63,687 nt of DNA from an uncultured Oscillospiraceae bacterium (GCA_963655595.1 CAVKGN010000001.1:1-63687), one strand, 5' to 3'; shown: positions 9,865-20,017, numbered from the stretch's first letter. Translations and numbers: made by a program. The notes: a model not told the origin generated them from the letters alone.

Positions 9865-11094
9865 ATGACAACCATTAACGAGAATTTCCTTAAACTCCAG
9901 AAGAATTACCTGTTCGCAGACATCGCTCAGAAGGTGGCAGCCTACAAAGAGACTCACCCTGAGGCAGCAATTATCCGCCTGGGCATTGGCGATGTAACTC
10001 GTCCGCTTGCTCCCGCAGTGATCGAAGCCCTGCACAAGGCTGTCGACGAGATGGCAAGCGGCAGTACATTCCGCGGCTACGGCCCCGAACACGGCTATGA
10101 GTTCCTGCGCAAGGCAATTGTGGAGAACGACTTTGCGCCCCGCGGCATCGATATCGACGCTGACGAAATCTTCATCAACGACGGAGCAAAGAGCGATACA
10201 GGAAATTTTGGCGACATATTGGGTACGGACAACAGCATCTGCGTGACCGACCCTATCTATCCCGTTTACATTGACTCCAACGTGATGGGTGGACGTGCCG
10301 GCGAGGTGAGCAACGGCTCGTGGAGCAAAATCACTTACTGCCCCTGCACGGCTGAGAACGGCTTTGTGCCGCAGCTGCCCAGCCATCCCACGGACATGAT
10401 ATACCTCTGCTACCCCAACAACCCGACGGGTACTACGCTCAGTCGCGAGGAGTTGGAAAAGTGGGTGGCTTACGCATTGGCAAACAACAGCCTTATCCTC
10501 TACGATGCCGCTTACGAGGCCTACATCACCAGCGAGGGTGTGCCTCACTCTATTTACGAGATTGAGGGAGCCAAGAAGTGCGCCGTTGAGTTCCACTCTT
10601 ATTCCAAGACGGCTGGATTCACGGGACTTCGTTGCGGATTTACCGTAGTGCCCAAGGAACTCACGTTCACCTCGAAGAGCGGCGAGCAGGTGCAGCTCAA
10701 TCAGCTGTGGAACCGTCGCCAGTGCACCAAGTTCAACGGCACGGCTTACATCGTGCAGCGCGCAGCCGAGGCTATTTACAGCCCCGAAGGCAAGCGTCAG
10801 ATTCGCGAAACGATTGACTACTACATGACCAACGCCCGCATCATGCGCGAGGCTCTCACCGAGGTGGGCTTGCAAGTATACGGCGGCGTAGATGCCCCCT
10901 ACATCTGGCTCAAAACGCCCGAGGGCGTGGGTAGCTGGGAATTCTTCGAGCAACTCCTCACGCAGATCAACGTAGTCAGCACTCCGGGCGTGGGCTTTGG
11001 TCCTGCTGGCGAGGGATATATCCGCCTCACCGCCTTTGGCAACCGCGAGGACTGCGAAGAGGCCATGCGTCGCCTGAAAGCCTGGTTGAAATAA
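9865..11094 (+). CDS. dapL: LL-diaminopimelate aminotransferase
   Basis: [52 protein letters not shown] (PLP lysine), [18 protein letters not shown]; start at MTTIN. Confidence 0.96.
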   Translation: MTTINENFLKLQKNYLFADIAQKVAAYKETHPEAAIIRLGIGDVTRPLAPAVIEALHKAVDEMASGSTFRGYGPEHGYEFLRKAIVENDFAPRGIDIDADEIFINDGAKSDTGNFGDILGTDNSICVTDPIYPVYIDSNVMGGRAGEVSNGSWSKITYCPCTAENGFVPQLPSHPTDMIYLCYPNNPTGTTLSREELEKWVAYALANNSLILYDAAYEAYITSEGVPHSIYEIEGAKKCAVEFHSYSKTAGFTGLRCGFTVVPKELTFTSKSGEQVQLNQLWNRRQCTKFNGTAYIVQRAAEAIYSPEGKRQIRETIDYYMTNARIMREALTEVGLQVYGGVDAPYIWLKTPEGVGSWEFFEQLLTQINVVSTPGVGFGPAGEGYIRLTAFGNREDCEEAMRRLKAWLK

Positions 11095-11211
11095 CTCCGG
11101 GCAAGCAAATACAAACACAACAAACTGAAACACAAAACAATACGTGGCGGCGGGGCAACAGGGCACCAGTCCGTTTCCCTTTGTCGTTAGTTACTTAACC
11201 CTTCAAAAACA

Positions 11212-13404
11212 ATGAGCAACCTTCGATTTAAAGTCGTGGAAGAGGCGTTCAAGAAGCGTCCCCTCGAAGTTAAGGCTCCCAAGGAGCGTCCGTCAGACTA
11301 CTTTGGCAAGTATGTCTTCAACCAGGAGAAAATGTTCAAGTATCTTCCCTTGAAGACCTACCAGCAACTCCGCGAGGTGATTGAAAAAGGCACACCGCTG
11401 CCCCTCTCTGTAGCCAACGACGTGGCTAAGGGCATGAAGCAGTGGGCCATCGAAATGGGCGTGACGCACTGCACCCACTGGTTCCAGCCCCTTACCGAGG
11501 GCACGGCTGAAAAGCACGATGCTTTCGTTGAACACGACTTCAAGGGCGGCATGGTAGAGGACTTCTCTGGCAAAGAACTCGTACAGCAGGAACCCGATGC
11601 CTCTTCGTTCCCCAACGGCGGTATCCGTTCTACGTTCGAGGCTCGCGGCTACTCTGCTTGGGACCCCGCATCGCCTGTGTTCATCGTGGGCGACACGCTG
11701 ATGATCCCCACCATCTTTGTGAGCTACACTGGTGAGGCCCTCGACTACAAGGCACCTCTGAAAAAGGCTCTCGCTGCTGTCGACAAGGCTGCAACGGCTG
11801 TTTGCCACTACTTCGACCCCAGCGTGACGCGCGTTACGGCAAACCTCGGTTGGGAACAGGAGTACTTCCTCGTAGACGAAGGCTTGTATGCCGCACGTCC
11901 CGACTTGCTCCTCACGGGCCGCACCCTCATGGGCCACGACTCTGCAAAGAACCAGCAGATGGACGACCACTACTTCGGCGCCATCCCCGAACGCGTTCAG
12001 GAGTTCATGCGCGACCTTGAAATCCAGGCTCTCGAACTCGGCATCCCCTGCAAGACGCGCCACAACGAGGTTGCTCCCAACCAGTTTGAGCTGGCTCCTA
12101 TCTTCGAGGAGTGCAACTTGGCCGTTGACCACAACATGCTCATCATGTCGCTCATGCGCAAGATTGCTCGCAAGCACGGCTTCCGTTGCCTGCTCCACGA
12201 GAAGCCTTTCGCAGGTATCAACGGTTCGGGTAAGCACAACAACTGGAGCCTTACCACCGACACCGGCGCGCTGCTCCACGGCCCTGGCAAAACACCTGAG
12301 GACAACCTCCGCTTCCTCGTGTTCATTGTAGAAACCCTTATGGGTGTTTACAAGCACAACGGCCTGCTCAAAGCCTCTATCATGAGTGCAACCAACGCAC
12401 ACCGCCTCGGTGCCAACGAAGCTCCCCCCGCAATCATTTCGAGCTTCCTCGGCAAGCAGCTCAGCGAATACCTTGAAAAGGTGGAGAACTCCACAAAGGA
12501 CGAACTCTTCACCCTCGAAGGCAAGCACGGCATGCAGCTCGACATTCCTCAGATCCCCGAGCTGATGATCGACAACACCGACCGCAACCGTACGTCGCCC
12601 TTCGCCTTCACTGGTAACCGCTTCGAGTTCCGTGCAGTAGGCTCTATCGCCAACTGCGCAAGTGCAATGATCGTGCTCAACACGGCTGTTGCTGAGGCTC
12701 TGGCCAACTTCAAGACCCGCGTAGACGCACTCATCGCCAAGGGCGAGAGCAAGATCAGCGCCATCCTCGAAGTTGTTCGCGAGGACATCAAGGTTTGCAA
12801 GCCCATCCACTTCGACGGCAACGGTTACAGCGACGAGTGGAAGGAAGAGGCAAAGCGCCGCGGCCTCGACTGCGAGACGTCGTGCCCCATCATCTTCGAC
12901 CGCTACCTCGACGCTGACTCTATCAAGATGTTCGAGGACATGAACGTGATGAAGAAGAATGAGCTCGAAGCCCGCAACGAGATTAAGTGGGAAACTTACC
13001 AGAAGAAGATCCAGATCGAGGCACGTGTGCTCGGCGACCTTTGCATGAACCACATCATCCCCGTGGCTACAAAGTACCAGAGCGAACTCGTGGACAACGT
13101 ACACAAGATTCAGGCCACGTTCAGCGATCCTGCTAAGATTAAGGAGCTCACCGCTTACAACATCGACCTCATTGAGAAGATCAACAAGCACGTAAGCTTC
13201 GTGGCTGAGAACGTTGAGGCCATGGTAGAGAAGCGTAAGGTGGTGAACCGCATTGAGGACATCCGCACGCTCGCAGTGGCTTACCACGACGAGATTGCTC
13301 CTTACTTCGACGCCATCCGTTACCACATCGACAAGCTCGAACTCATCGTTGAGGACGAGATGTGGACGCTGCCCAAGTATCGCGAACTCCTCTTCATCCG
13401 CTAA
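11212..13404 (+). CDS. glnA: Glutamine synthetase type III
   Basis: 730 aa; HWFQPLT..AEKHD, EPDASSFPNGG, HNEVAPNQFE, HEKPFAGINGSGKHNNWS, DRNRTSPFAFTGNRFEFR. Confidence 0.97.
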   Translation: MSNLRFKVVEEAFKKRPLEVKAPKERPSDYFGKYVFNQEKMFKYLPLKTYQQLREVIEKGTPLPLSVANDVAKGMKQWAIEMGVTHCTHWFQPLTEGTAEKHDAFVEHDFKGGMVEDFSGKELVQQEPDASSFPNGGIRSTFEARGYSAWDPASPVFIVGDTLMIPTIFVSYTGEALDYKAPLKKALAAVDKAATAVCHYFDPSVTRVTANLGWEQEYFLVDEGLYAARPDLLLTGRTLMGHDSAKNQQMDDHYFGAIPERVQEFMRDLEIQALELGIPCKTRHNEVAPNQFELAPIFEECNLAVDHNMLIMSLMRKIARKHGFRCLLHEKPFAGINGSGKHNNWSLTTDTGALLHGPGKTPEDNLRFLVFIVETLMGVYKHNGLLKASIMSATNAHRLGANEAPPAIISSFLGKQLSEYLEKVENSTKDELFTLEGKHGMQLDIPQIPELMIDNTDRNRTSPFAFTGNRFEFRAVGSIANCASAMIVLNTAVAEALANFKTRVDALIAKGESKISAILEVVREDIKVCKPIHFDGNGYSDEWKEEAKRRGLDCETSCPIIFDRYLDADSIKMFEDMNVMKKNELEARNEIKWETYQKKIQIEARVLGDLCMNHIIPVATKYQSELVDNVHKIQATFSDPAKIKELTAYNIDLIEKINKHVSFVAENVEAMVEKRKVVNRIEDIRTLAVAYHDEIAPYFDAIRYHIDKLELIVEDEMWTLPKYRELLFIR

Positions 13405-13457
13405 ACTGCGCACGGCAGCGCAGCCTATGCTTGCGCCAAGCCGGCTGATGAATACCG

Positions 13458-13500
13458 AAATCCCCTTGCAAACCGCCCCGGCGGACTTGCAAGGGGATTT
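13458..13500 (+). terminator. Hairpin, probable terminator after glnA
   Basis: AAATCCCCTTGCAA .. TTGCAAGGGGATTT. Confidence 0.65.
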
Positions 13501-13617
13501 CCCTTTAACCCTGCGTTGCAAATGCGCGCAATTTGTAAGGAGCATTTGCCAAATAAAATCTTTGCGCAAAAAAAAAGCAAAAACTTGGCCGATTTATTGA
13601 AAAAAGAAGGGGCACGA

Positions 13618-13648
13618 CTTGCACCGAATGAAAAAGTCCGTACCTTTG
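13618..13648 (+). promoter_or_regulatory. Sigma-A promoter (CTTG-N19-TACCTTTG)
   Basis: -33/-7 boxes upstream of the small lipoprotein gene. Confidence 0.65.
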
Positions 13649-13700
13649 CAGCGTTTCAAAAAGGCAATTGATTGTTTTACTTAAAATTTTAATTCACACA

Positions 13701-13904
13701 ATGAAAAAGTTAGTTTTCATGTTCGTAGCTATCGCAGCTATCTCTTTCGCTTCTTGCGGTAACAAGACTTCTGACGCTGCTGCTACTACTGACAGCGACT
13801 CTGTAGCTGTTTCTGACAGCGACAGCGCTGCTACTTCTGACAGCAATGCAGTTGCTGGCGACAGCGCTGCTGCTACTGCTGACACTACTTCAGCTGCTCA
13901 GTGA
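13701..13904 (+). CDS. Small acidic low-complexity lipoprotein (PG1828-like)
   Basis: MKKLVFMFVAIAAISFASC lipobox; D/S/A/T-rich tail; codon usage typical of highly expressed genes (GCT/ACT/TCT); own promoter and terminator. Confidence 0.85.
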   Translation: MKKLVFMFVAIAAISFASCGNKTSDAAATTDSDSVAVSDSDSAATSDSNAVAGDSAAATADTTSAAQ

Positions 13905-13966
13905 GAGCCTGCGGCTTAACTAAGTATCTTAGCTAAGCAAACTCGCTACGAAAACGAGAGAAACTG

Positions 13967-13999
13967 AAACCTGTGGGACCGCGTTCCGCAGGTTTTTTT
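13967..13999 (+). terminator. Intrinsic terminator
   Basis: AAACCTGTGGGA..TTCCGCAGGTTTTTTT. Confidence 0.8.
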
Positions 14000-14040
14000 A
14001 ATGCCCTTTTGTTCCTTCAGCGGCGGAAAGGGGCATACAA

Positions 14041-14083
14041 AAAAGCATACGCCGGGGGACTATAATTCCCTGCGTATGCTTTT
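14041..14083. terminator. Bidirectional-type terminator hairpin
   Basis: AAAAGCATACGC..GCGTATGCTTTT, directly after the small minus-strand ORF. Confidence 0.65.
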
Positions 14084-14103
14084 CTTGCTTATTTCGTAGG
14101 ACG

Positions 14104-14286
14104 TCAGTGCGCCCCGTAGAAACTCGTGCGGTCGGCGAGCCGCTCCGCCCAGAGAGCGGTGCAGTAGCCCTCGGGGTAGGGGGAGAGGCGACCTTTGCGC
14201 TTGTCGTTCATAATGAATGCGGTGAGTTCGGCTGCGGTAGTGATGCCGTAGCGGCTAATCATGTGGATAACAGATTCTTTTTTCAT
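14104..14286 (-). CDS. Small hypothetical protein (60 aa)
   Basis: MKKESVIHMISRYGITTAAEL..; A-rich leader before the ATG and a terminator hairpin after the stop. Confidence 0.5.
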   Translation of the reverse strand: MKKESVIHMISRYGITTAAELTAFIMNDKRKGRLSPYPEGYCTALWAERLADRTSFYGAH

Positions 14287-14399
14287 GGCTTTCGTTGTTT
14301 GTTGATGCAAAGGAAAAGCCAGCCTCTTCCATTTTGTGGTACAGGCTGAGAAAAATATTTTAGCCGCGGACCAGTCGTTCCTGCCCCCGATGTGGTTGT

Positions 14400-14490
14400 C
14401 GTTCATCGTACGATTGACGTGTGTAGCTCGTACGACGGACACATGGAAATCGTACGACAGACGTGTGTCAGTCGTACGGTAAACGTCAAC
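14400..14490. repeat. Dispersed ~90-bp element, copy 1: four TCGTACG cores at 22-bp period
   Basis: Cores at 14406, 14428, 14450 and 14472; same architecture as 54905-54995. Confidence 0.8.
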
Positions 14491-14742
14491 ATCATCAGAG
14501 GTGAGACTGGTTTGCTGACGGCCGTGAATGGCAGGGCGGCTCAACGGTTTGATACCGAAAGTGATTGCGCTTTTGCAAATAGTTTGTGCATTGCGCATAG
14601 TGCATAAAAAAAAGCCGTAATTTTGTAACGATTTCGCAATGTCTTTTGCTGCAGCTCGTGATACACAGGGCTAAAAGCGCCCTCGTGGTTCGGTGCGAGG
14701 CAGTTGCGATGCATGGAGAAAAACAACAAAGAAACAAACGAT

Positions 14743-15339
14743 ATGTCTGCAACAAAAAAAATCAAAACGGCTTTGGTATCGGTGTTCCACAAGGACGGAC
14801 TTGAAGAACTCCTGGCCAAGCTCCACGAAGAGGGCGTAGCTTTCCTGTCGACGGGCGGCACGCAGAAATTTATTGAGTCGCTCGGCTATCCCTGCCAGAA
14901 GGTAGAGGACGTAACCACCTATCCCTCCATCCTCGGTGGCCGCGTGAAGACGCTCCATCCCAAAATTTTCGGTGGCATCCTCGGCCGTCGCAGTCTTGAA
15001 GACGACCAGAAGCAGATGGCACAGTACGAAATTCCCGAAATCGACTTGGTAATCGTCGATCTCTACCCCTTTGAGCAGACCGTAGCGAGCGGAGCCTCCG
15101 ACGCAGACATCATCGAAAAGATTGACATAGGTGGCATTTCGCTCATACGCGCCGGTGCAAAGAATTTCAACGACGTAGTAATAGTTCCCTCAAAGGCCGA
15201 ATACAAGCCCCTGCTCGACATCGTATCGAAGAACGGTGCGCAAACTGAACTCGAAGAGCGCCGCTGGTTTGCCACGCGTGCCTTCGGCGTAAGCAGCCAC
15301 TACGACACGGCTATCCACGCCTGGTTCGAAACGAAGTAG
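14743..15339 (+). CDS. purH: IMP cyclohydrolase (PurH N-terminal MGS-like domain only)
   Basis: ALVSV..K.G, STGGT, GGRVKTLHP, DLYPF, IEKIDIGG.SLIRAGAKN, YD.AI; stops after 198 aa with no AICAR transformylase domain. Confidence 0.9.
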   Translation: MSATKKIKTALVSVFHKDGLEELLAKLHEEGVAFLSTGGTQKFIESLGYPCQKVEDVTTYPSILGGRVKTLHPKIFGGILGRRSLEDDQKQMAQYEIPEIDLVIVDLYPFEQTVASGASDADIIEKIDIGGISLIRAGAKNFNDVVIVPSKAEYKPLLDIVSKNGAQTELEERRWFATRAFGVSSHYDTAIHAWFETK

Positions 15340-15405
15340 CACCCGGCAGAACCTCTGAGACACCCCATCCGTTTCCCAATAGACACAGCACACACATAAT
15401 ATATT

Positions 15406-16437
15406 ATGGGACTGTTTTCCAAGTTCTTCTCTTTCACCCAAGAGCTTGCCATCGACCTTGGCACGGCCAACACGGTGATTATATCCGATGGCGAGATTTC
15501 GGTCAACGAGCCGTCGGTCGTGGCGCTCGACACCCACACGGAAAAGATGATTGCCGTGGGCGACGCTGCGAAGAAAATGTACGAAAAGACGAACAGCAAG
15601 ATACGCGTAATCCGTCCGCTGCGCGACGGCGTGATTGCCGACTTCAATGCCTGCGAACAAATGATGCGCGGACTTATCAAGAAAGTGCATTCCGGCAAGC
15701 GCCTTTTCTCGCCCTCGCTGCGCATGGTTATCGGCGTGCCGAGCGGTTCGACCGAGGTGGAACTCCGTGCCGTGCGCGACTCAGCTGAGCACGCTGGCGG
15801 CCGCGACGTGTTCCTGCTCTACGAACCTATGGCTGCCGCAATAGGTATCGGCATTGACGTGAACGCCCCCGAGGGCAACATGATTGTCGACATAGGCGGT
15901 GGCACCACGGAAATTGCCGTCATCTCGCTGGGCGGAATTGTTTCGAACAACTCCATCAAGATGGCAGGCGACGACTTCACAAGCGACATTCAGGAGTACA
16001 TGAGTCGCCAACACAACGTACGCGTGAGCGAGCGCATGGCTGAACGCATCAAGGAGAACGTCGGCGCCGCACTCACCGACCTGCCCAACCCTCCCGAGGA
16101 CTACGTAATTCACGGCCCGAACCGCATCACCACGATGCCGATGGAAGTGCCCGTGTGCTACCAGGAAATAGCCCACTGCCTCGAGACGTCCATCGCCAAG
16201 ATAGAGCAAGCCATTGTAAATGCGCTGGCCAATACCCCTCCCGAACTCTATGCCGACATCGTAAAGAACGGCATCTACCTTACGGGCGGTGGCGCATTGC
16301 TGCGCGGCCTTGACAAGCGCCTGAGCGACAAGATCAACATCCCCTTCCACGTGGCCGATGAGCCTCTGCTCTGCGTGGCACGCGGTACGGGCAAGGCTCT
16401 GCAAAACGTGTCGAACTACACGTTCCTCATGCGTTGA
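15406..16437 (+). CDS. mreB: Rod shape-determining protein MreB
   Basis: IDLGTANT, IRPLRDGVIADF, EPMAAAIG, DIGGGTTE, LTGGGALLRG. Confidence 0.98.
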   Translation: MGLFSKFFSFTQELAIDLGTANTVIISDGEISVNEPSVVALDTHTEKMIAVGDAAKKMYEKTNSKIRVIRPLRDGVIADFNACEQMMRGLIKKVHSGKRLFSPSLRMVIGVPSGSTEVELRAVRDSAEHAGGRDVFLLYEPMAAAIGIGIDVNAPEGNMIVDIGGGTTEIAVISLGGIVSNNSIKMAGDDFTSDIQEYMSRQHNVRVSERMAERIKENVGAALTDLPNPPEDYVIHGPNRITTMPMEVPVCYQEIAHCLETSIAKIEQAIVNALANTPPELYADIVKNGIYLTGGGALLRGLDKRLSDKINIPFHVADEPLLCVARGTGKALQNVSNYTFLMR

Positions 16438-16671
16438 CGCCAGAGGCCTCAATCCCCGAAAGAAACAGTTTTATCCTCCCCCTGTATTTGTTCCCCGTAG
16501 CGTCAGACCTGCGAGCCGCGTTCACCCAGCCCTTCGTGGCGGTGCGGCATGAGGCAGCGCACAGCGGAGCGGCGGCATAGGGTGGATAAGACTGTATTCT
16601 TGTATAATAAAGCACAACACAAAGCACCGAGCTTGCCCCCCGTTGCGGCAAGCCCCCAATAAATCCCCACA

Positions 16672-17574
16672 ATGAGCGCAAGCGGTTCACGCAATAATCT
16701 CATAGACCTTGCCAGCAAGTACAGCCATATGCTGCTCTTCGTCGTGCTCGAGGCGTTCAGCCTGTTCCTGCTCTTTCGGTTCAACAGCTATCAGGGCAGC
16801 GTGTGGTTCAGCGCTGCCAACTCCGCCGTAGCCGGCGTGAACGGCGCCTATTCCGAGGCAGAGTCGTTCGTTAAATTGCAGGATGTCAACCGAGAACTCA
16901 CCATGCAGAACGTGGCCCTGATGCGCGAGACCGAAACCCTGCGTCAGGCACTTGCCAACGCCACGCGCGACACCACGATAACCGAGCGCCTCATGCGCGA
17001 AAAGCTTGTTGGCTACACGCTGCTCCCCGCCACAGTGGTGTCGAACAGCGCCGAACGTACCAACAACTACCTGGTGATTGACAAAGGACAGGACGACGGC
17101 GTGAGCCCCGAGATGGGTGTTGTCGGCGGCGGTGGCGTAGTAGGCATCGTCTACCTCACTGGGCCTCACCACTCCCTCGTGATCCCCGTGACCAATCGCA
17201 AGTCCAGCATCAGCTGCAAGGTACGCGGGCAGAACTACTTTGGCTACCTGCAATGGGACGGACAGAGTATGACGTCCGCCTACGTGGACGACGTGCCGCG
17301 CTACGCCCGTGTGAAGCCCGGCCAGGCCGTGGAGACAAGCGGTTACTCAGCCGTGTTCCCCCCTGGAATCTTTGTGGGGCGCGTGCGCCGGGTTCGTAAC
17401 TCCTCCGACGGACAGTCCTACCGCCTCGACGTGGCACTCGGCACCAACTTTGCCAACCTTCGCGACGTGCTCGTGGTGACAACCCCCTACAAGGCAGAGA
17501 TTGACACCCTGCGAGCCCATGCCGCCCAGGCCGATGAAGGCGATCAGGGCGCAGCCCATTCCCTAAGCAACTAA
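16672..17574 (+). CDS. mreC: Rod shape-determining protein MreC
   Basis: N-terminal TM plus coiled coil, IDKG..DGV..MGVV..GVVG, ETSGYSAVFPPGI; operon position. Confidence 0.93.
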   Translation: MSASGSRNNLIDLASKYSHMLLFVVLEAFSLFLLFRFNSYQGSVWFSAANSAVAGVNGAYSEAESFVKLQDVNRELTMQNVALMRETETLRQALANATRDTTITERLMREKLVGYTLLPATVVSNSAERTNNYLVIDKGQDDGVSPEMGVVGGGGVVGIVYLTGPHHSLVIPVTNRKSSISCKVRGQNYFGYLQWDGQSMTSAYVDDVPRYARVKPGQAVETSGYSAVFPPGIFVGRVRRVRNSSDGQSYRLDVALGTNFANLRDVLVVTTPYKAEIDTLRAHAAQADEGDQGAAHSLSN

Positions 17575-17579
17575 GACAA

Positions 17580-18104
17580 ATGGTACAAACAATCCTTTCG
17601 CGCGCCGTGTGGTTCGTAGTGCTTGTGCTTTTGCAGGCACTCGTGTTCAACCACGTACATATCCTGGGCTACGCCACACCGATGCCGTGCCTCTTCTTTC
17701 TGCTTACGCTCGACAGCGGTACGCCTCGGTGGGTCTATGTGGCTACGGGCTTCGCCCTGGGCTTGGTGGTCGACCTTTTCAGCAATACCCCCGGCATGTC
17801 GGCAAGCGCCATGTGCCTCCTGGGCCTGGTGTGCCCCCTCGTGCTGAAAGTGTTCTCGCCCGGCGATAAGAAGTACGGCGGCACGGACAACAACGAAACG
17901 TTCAGTCCCTCGCACGTCACGATGGAGTGGGGTAACTTCGCCCGCTACGCTTTCACGTGTGTAGTCATCTACTGCGTAACGTTCTTCCTCATCGAGTCGT
18001 TCTCCTTCTTCGACTGGCAAACGCTCCTGCTCAATATCGGCGGCAGCACGCTGCTCACCACACTCTTTGTGCTGGCTATGGAGCTGGTGCGCAAGAGCAA
18101 GTGA
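17580..18104 (+). CDS. mreD: Rod shape-determining protein MreD
   Basis: Hydrophobic multi-TM protein, GF.LGLVVDLFSNTPG; lies between mreC and mrdA. Confidence 0.9.
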   Translation: MVQTILSRAVWFVVLVLLQALVFNHVHILGYATPMPCLFFLLTLDSGTPRWVYVATGFALGLVVDLFSNTPGMSASAMCLLGLVCPLVLKVFSPGDKKYGGTDNNETFSPSHVTMEWGNFARYAFTCVVIYCVTFFLIESFSFFDWQTLLLNIGGSTLLTTLFVLAMELVRKSK

Positions 18105-18157
18105 CGGCGCTGTCCCAACGGCAGCAACCCCCCAACGACCCTCAATCATAAAGAGAC

Positions 18158-20017
18158 GTGGCACTATCTGAGAAACGCTTTGAACTGCGCAAATACGTCA
18201 TTGGCGGCGTGGCCATCGCCATTGTGCTGGCCTACATCGTGCGGCTCTTCACCCTGCAGCTATGGAGTGAGGACTACAAGAAAAACGCCGACTCCAACGC
18301 CTTTCGCAAAGACATACAGTACCCCTCGCGCGGACTCATCCTCGACCGCAAGGGGCGCATCCTCGTGTACAACGAGCCGGCCTACAACATCATGGTGGTG
18401 ATGAACGACCAGCGCGGTGTGGACACGCTCGACTTTTGCCAAACCGTGGGCATCAGTCGCGAGGACTACATCAAGCGAATGGAGGAGATAAAAGATCCTG
18501 CCCGCAACCCCGGCTACTCCCGCTATACGCCGCAACTCTTCATGGCGCAGATACCAGCCGAGGAGTTCTCGCAGTTTCGCGAAAAGCTCTTCCGTTTCAA
18601 GGGATTCAGCGTGGAGAAGCGCACCACCCGGCAGTATTCCAGCGGCATCGCCGCCCACCTGCTTGGCGACGTGGGCGAGATTAGCGAAAAGGAACTCCTG
18701 CAAGACTCAACCAACTATTACGCCTCGGGCGACTACATTGGCAAGCTCGGCGTAGAGCGCGCCTACGAAGAACAACTGCGCGGCGAAAAGGGCATGCGCA
18801 TCATGCTGCGCGACGTACACGGCCGCACCCAAGGACACTACCAGGACGGCAAGTACGACAAACAGGCGCAACCCGGCAAAAACCTTACGCTCGGCCTCGA
18901 CAAAGACCTGCAAACCCTTGCCGAACGCCTGCTCGAAGGCAAACTCGGAGCTATCGTTGCCATTGAGCCGCAGACGGGCGAGATACTCTGCATGGCCTCG
19001 TCGCCCAGCTACGACCCGCGCATCATGACCGGCCGCGACCGCGGAAAGAACCACCAGCGACTGAGCAAAGACCCTATGCGCCCCCTGCTCAACCGTGCCA
19101 TCATGGGTACATATCCGCCAGGCTCAACGTTCAAGATTACGCAAGCACTGACCGGCTTGCAGGAGGGCAGCATCGACCCCCAAATAGCCTTCCCCTGCCA
19201 CCACGGTTTCAACTACAAAGGTCTGCACGTAGGTTGCCACGGCCACTCATCGCCCATCAACCTCGTTCCAGCCATCGGAACGTCGTGCAACTCCTACTTC
19301 TGCTGGAACCTTTACCGCATGCTCAGCAACAAACGCAAGTACGGCACGGTGCAGAACGCCATGACCACGTGGAAGGACTACATGGTGCGCATGGGCTACG
19401 GCTACAAGCTGGGCGTTGACCTTCCCGGCGAGAAGCGAGGCATGATTCCCAACGCCGACTACTACGACAAGGCTTATAAGAAGTCGTGGAACGGCCTCAC
19501 CGTTATCTCCATCGCCATCGGACAGGGCGAGGTGACGGCCACACCGCTGCAAATATGTAACCTCGCCGCCACGGTGGCCAACAGGGGCTACTTCATCACG
19601 CCCCACGTGGCGCACGCCATACAAGGCGGCCAGCTCGACCCGCTCTACACGGAGAAACGCTACACGGGCGTAGATAGGCGTTGGTATGAATACTGCGTGG
19701 CTGGTATGCGCAAGGCCGTGCTCGGCGGAACGTGTCGTGCGGCCAACCTGCCCGGCTACGAGGTGTGCGGCAAAACGGGTACAGCCCAGAACCGCGGCCA
19801 CGACCACTCCGTGTTTATGGGTTTTGCCCCGATGAATAGTCCGCGCATCGCCGTTTCCGTCTATGTGGAAAACGGCGGCTTCGGCAACGTGTACGGCGTG
19901 CCTATCGGTGCGCTCATCATGGAGCAGTACCTCAACGGCAAACTCTCGAAGGGCTCGGAGGCTCGGGCGCAACACTTCCAGAACATGCACATTAAATACG
20001 GCGACTACGCCCGCTAA
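18158..20017 (+). CDS. mrdA: Penicillin-binding protein 2
   Basis: RGLILDRKG, YPPGSTFK (SxxK), SCN (SxN), GKTGTAQ (KTG). Confidence 0.96.
   Translation: MALSEKRFELRKYVIGGVAIAIVLAYIVRLFTLQLWSEDYKKNADSNAFRKDIQYPSRGLILDRKGRILVYNEPAYNIMVVMNDQRGVDTLDFCQTVGISREDYIKRMEEIKDPARNPGYSRYTPQLFMAQIPAEEFSQFREKLFRFKGFSVEKRTTRQYSSGIAAHLLGDVGEISEKELLQDSTNYYASGDYIGKLGVERAYEEQLRGEKGMRIMLRDVHGRTQGHYQDGKYDKQAQPGKNLTLGLDKDLQTLAERLLEGKLGAIVAIEPQTGEILCMASSPSYDPRIMTGRDRGKNHQRLSKDPMRPLLNRAIMGTYPPGSTFKITQALTGLQEGSIDPQIAFPCHHGFNYKGLHVGCHGHSSPINLVPAIGTSCNSYFCWNLYRMLSNKRKYGTVQNAMTTWKDYMVRMGYGYKLGVDLPGEKRGMIPNADYYDKAYKKSWNGLTVISIAIGQGEVTATPLQICNLAATVANRGYFITPHVAHAIQGGQLDPLYTEKRYTGVDRRWYEYCVAGMRKAVLGGTCRAANLPGYEVCGKTGTAQNRGHDHSVFMGFAPMNSPRIAVSVYVENGGFGNVYGVPIGALIMEQYLNGKLSKGSEARAQHFQNMHIKYGDYAR

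Noticed and set aside
14262..14270. Perfect DnaA box TGTGGATAA
   Set aside because: An isolated 9-mer inside a putative small ORF; plausible by chance in 64 kb.
14400..14490. CRISPR or mini-array interpretation of the CGTACG elements (also 54905-54995)
   Set aside because: The conserved core is only about 7 bp with a 22-bp period, with no repeat/spacer architecture.
14287..14598. Extended N-terminus of the 164-aa minus-strand ORF (similar extensions in dapL, porin, vorB, TSCPD, the 50393 ORF and the 54970 ORF)
   Set aside because: The extensions run through promoters, hairpins or repeats; downstream ATGs with A-rich leaders or signal peptides fit better.
16438..16671. ncRNA in the 234-bp mreB-mreC gap
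   Set aside because: Only a small hairpin (GCTTGCC..GGCAAGC) is visible and I recognise no RNA family.
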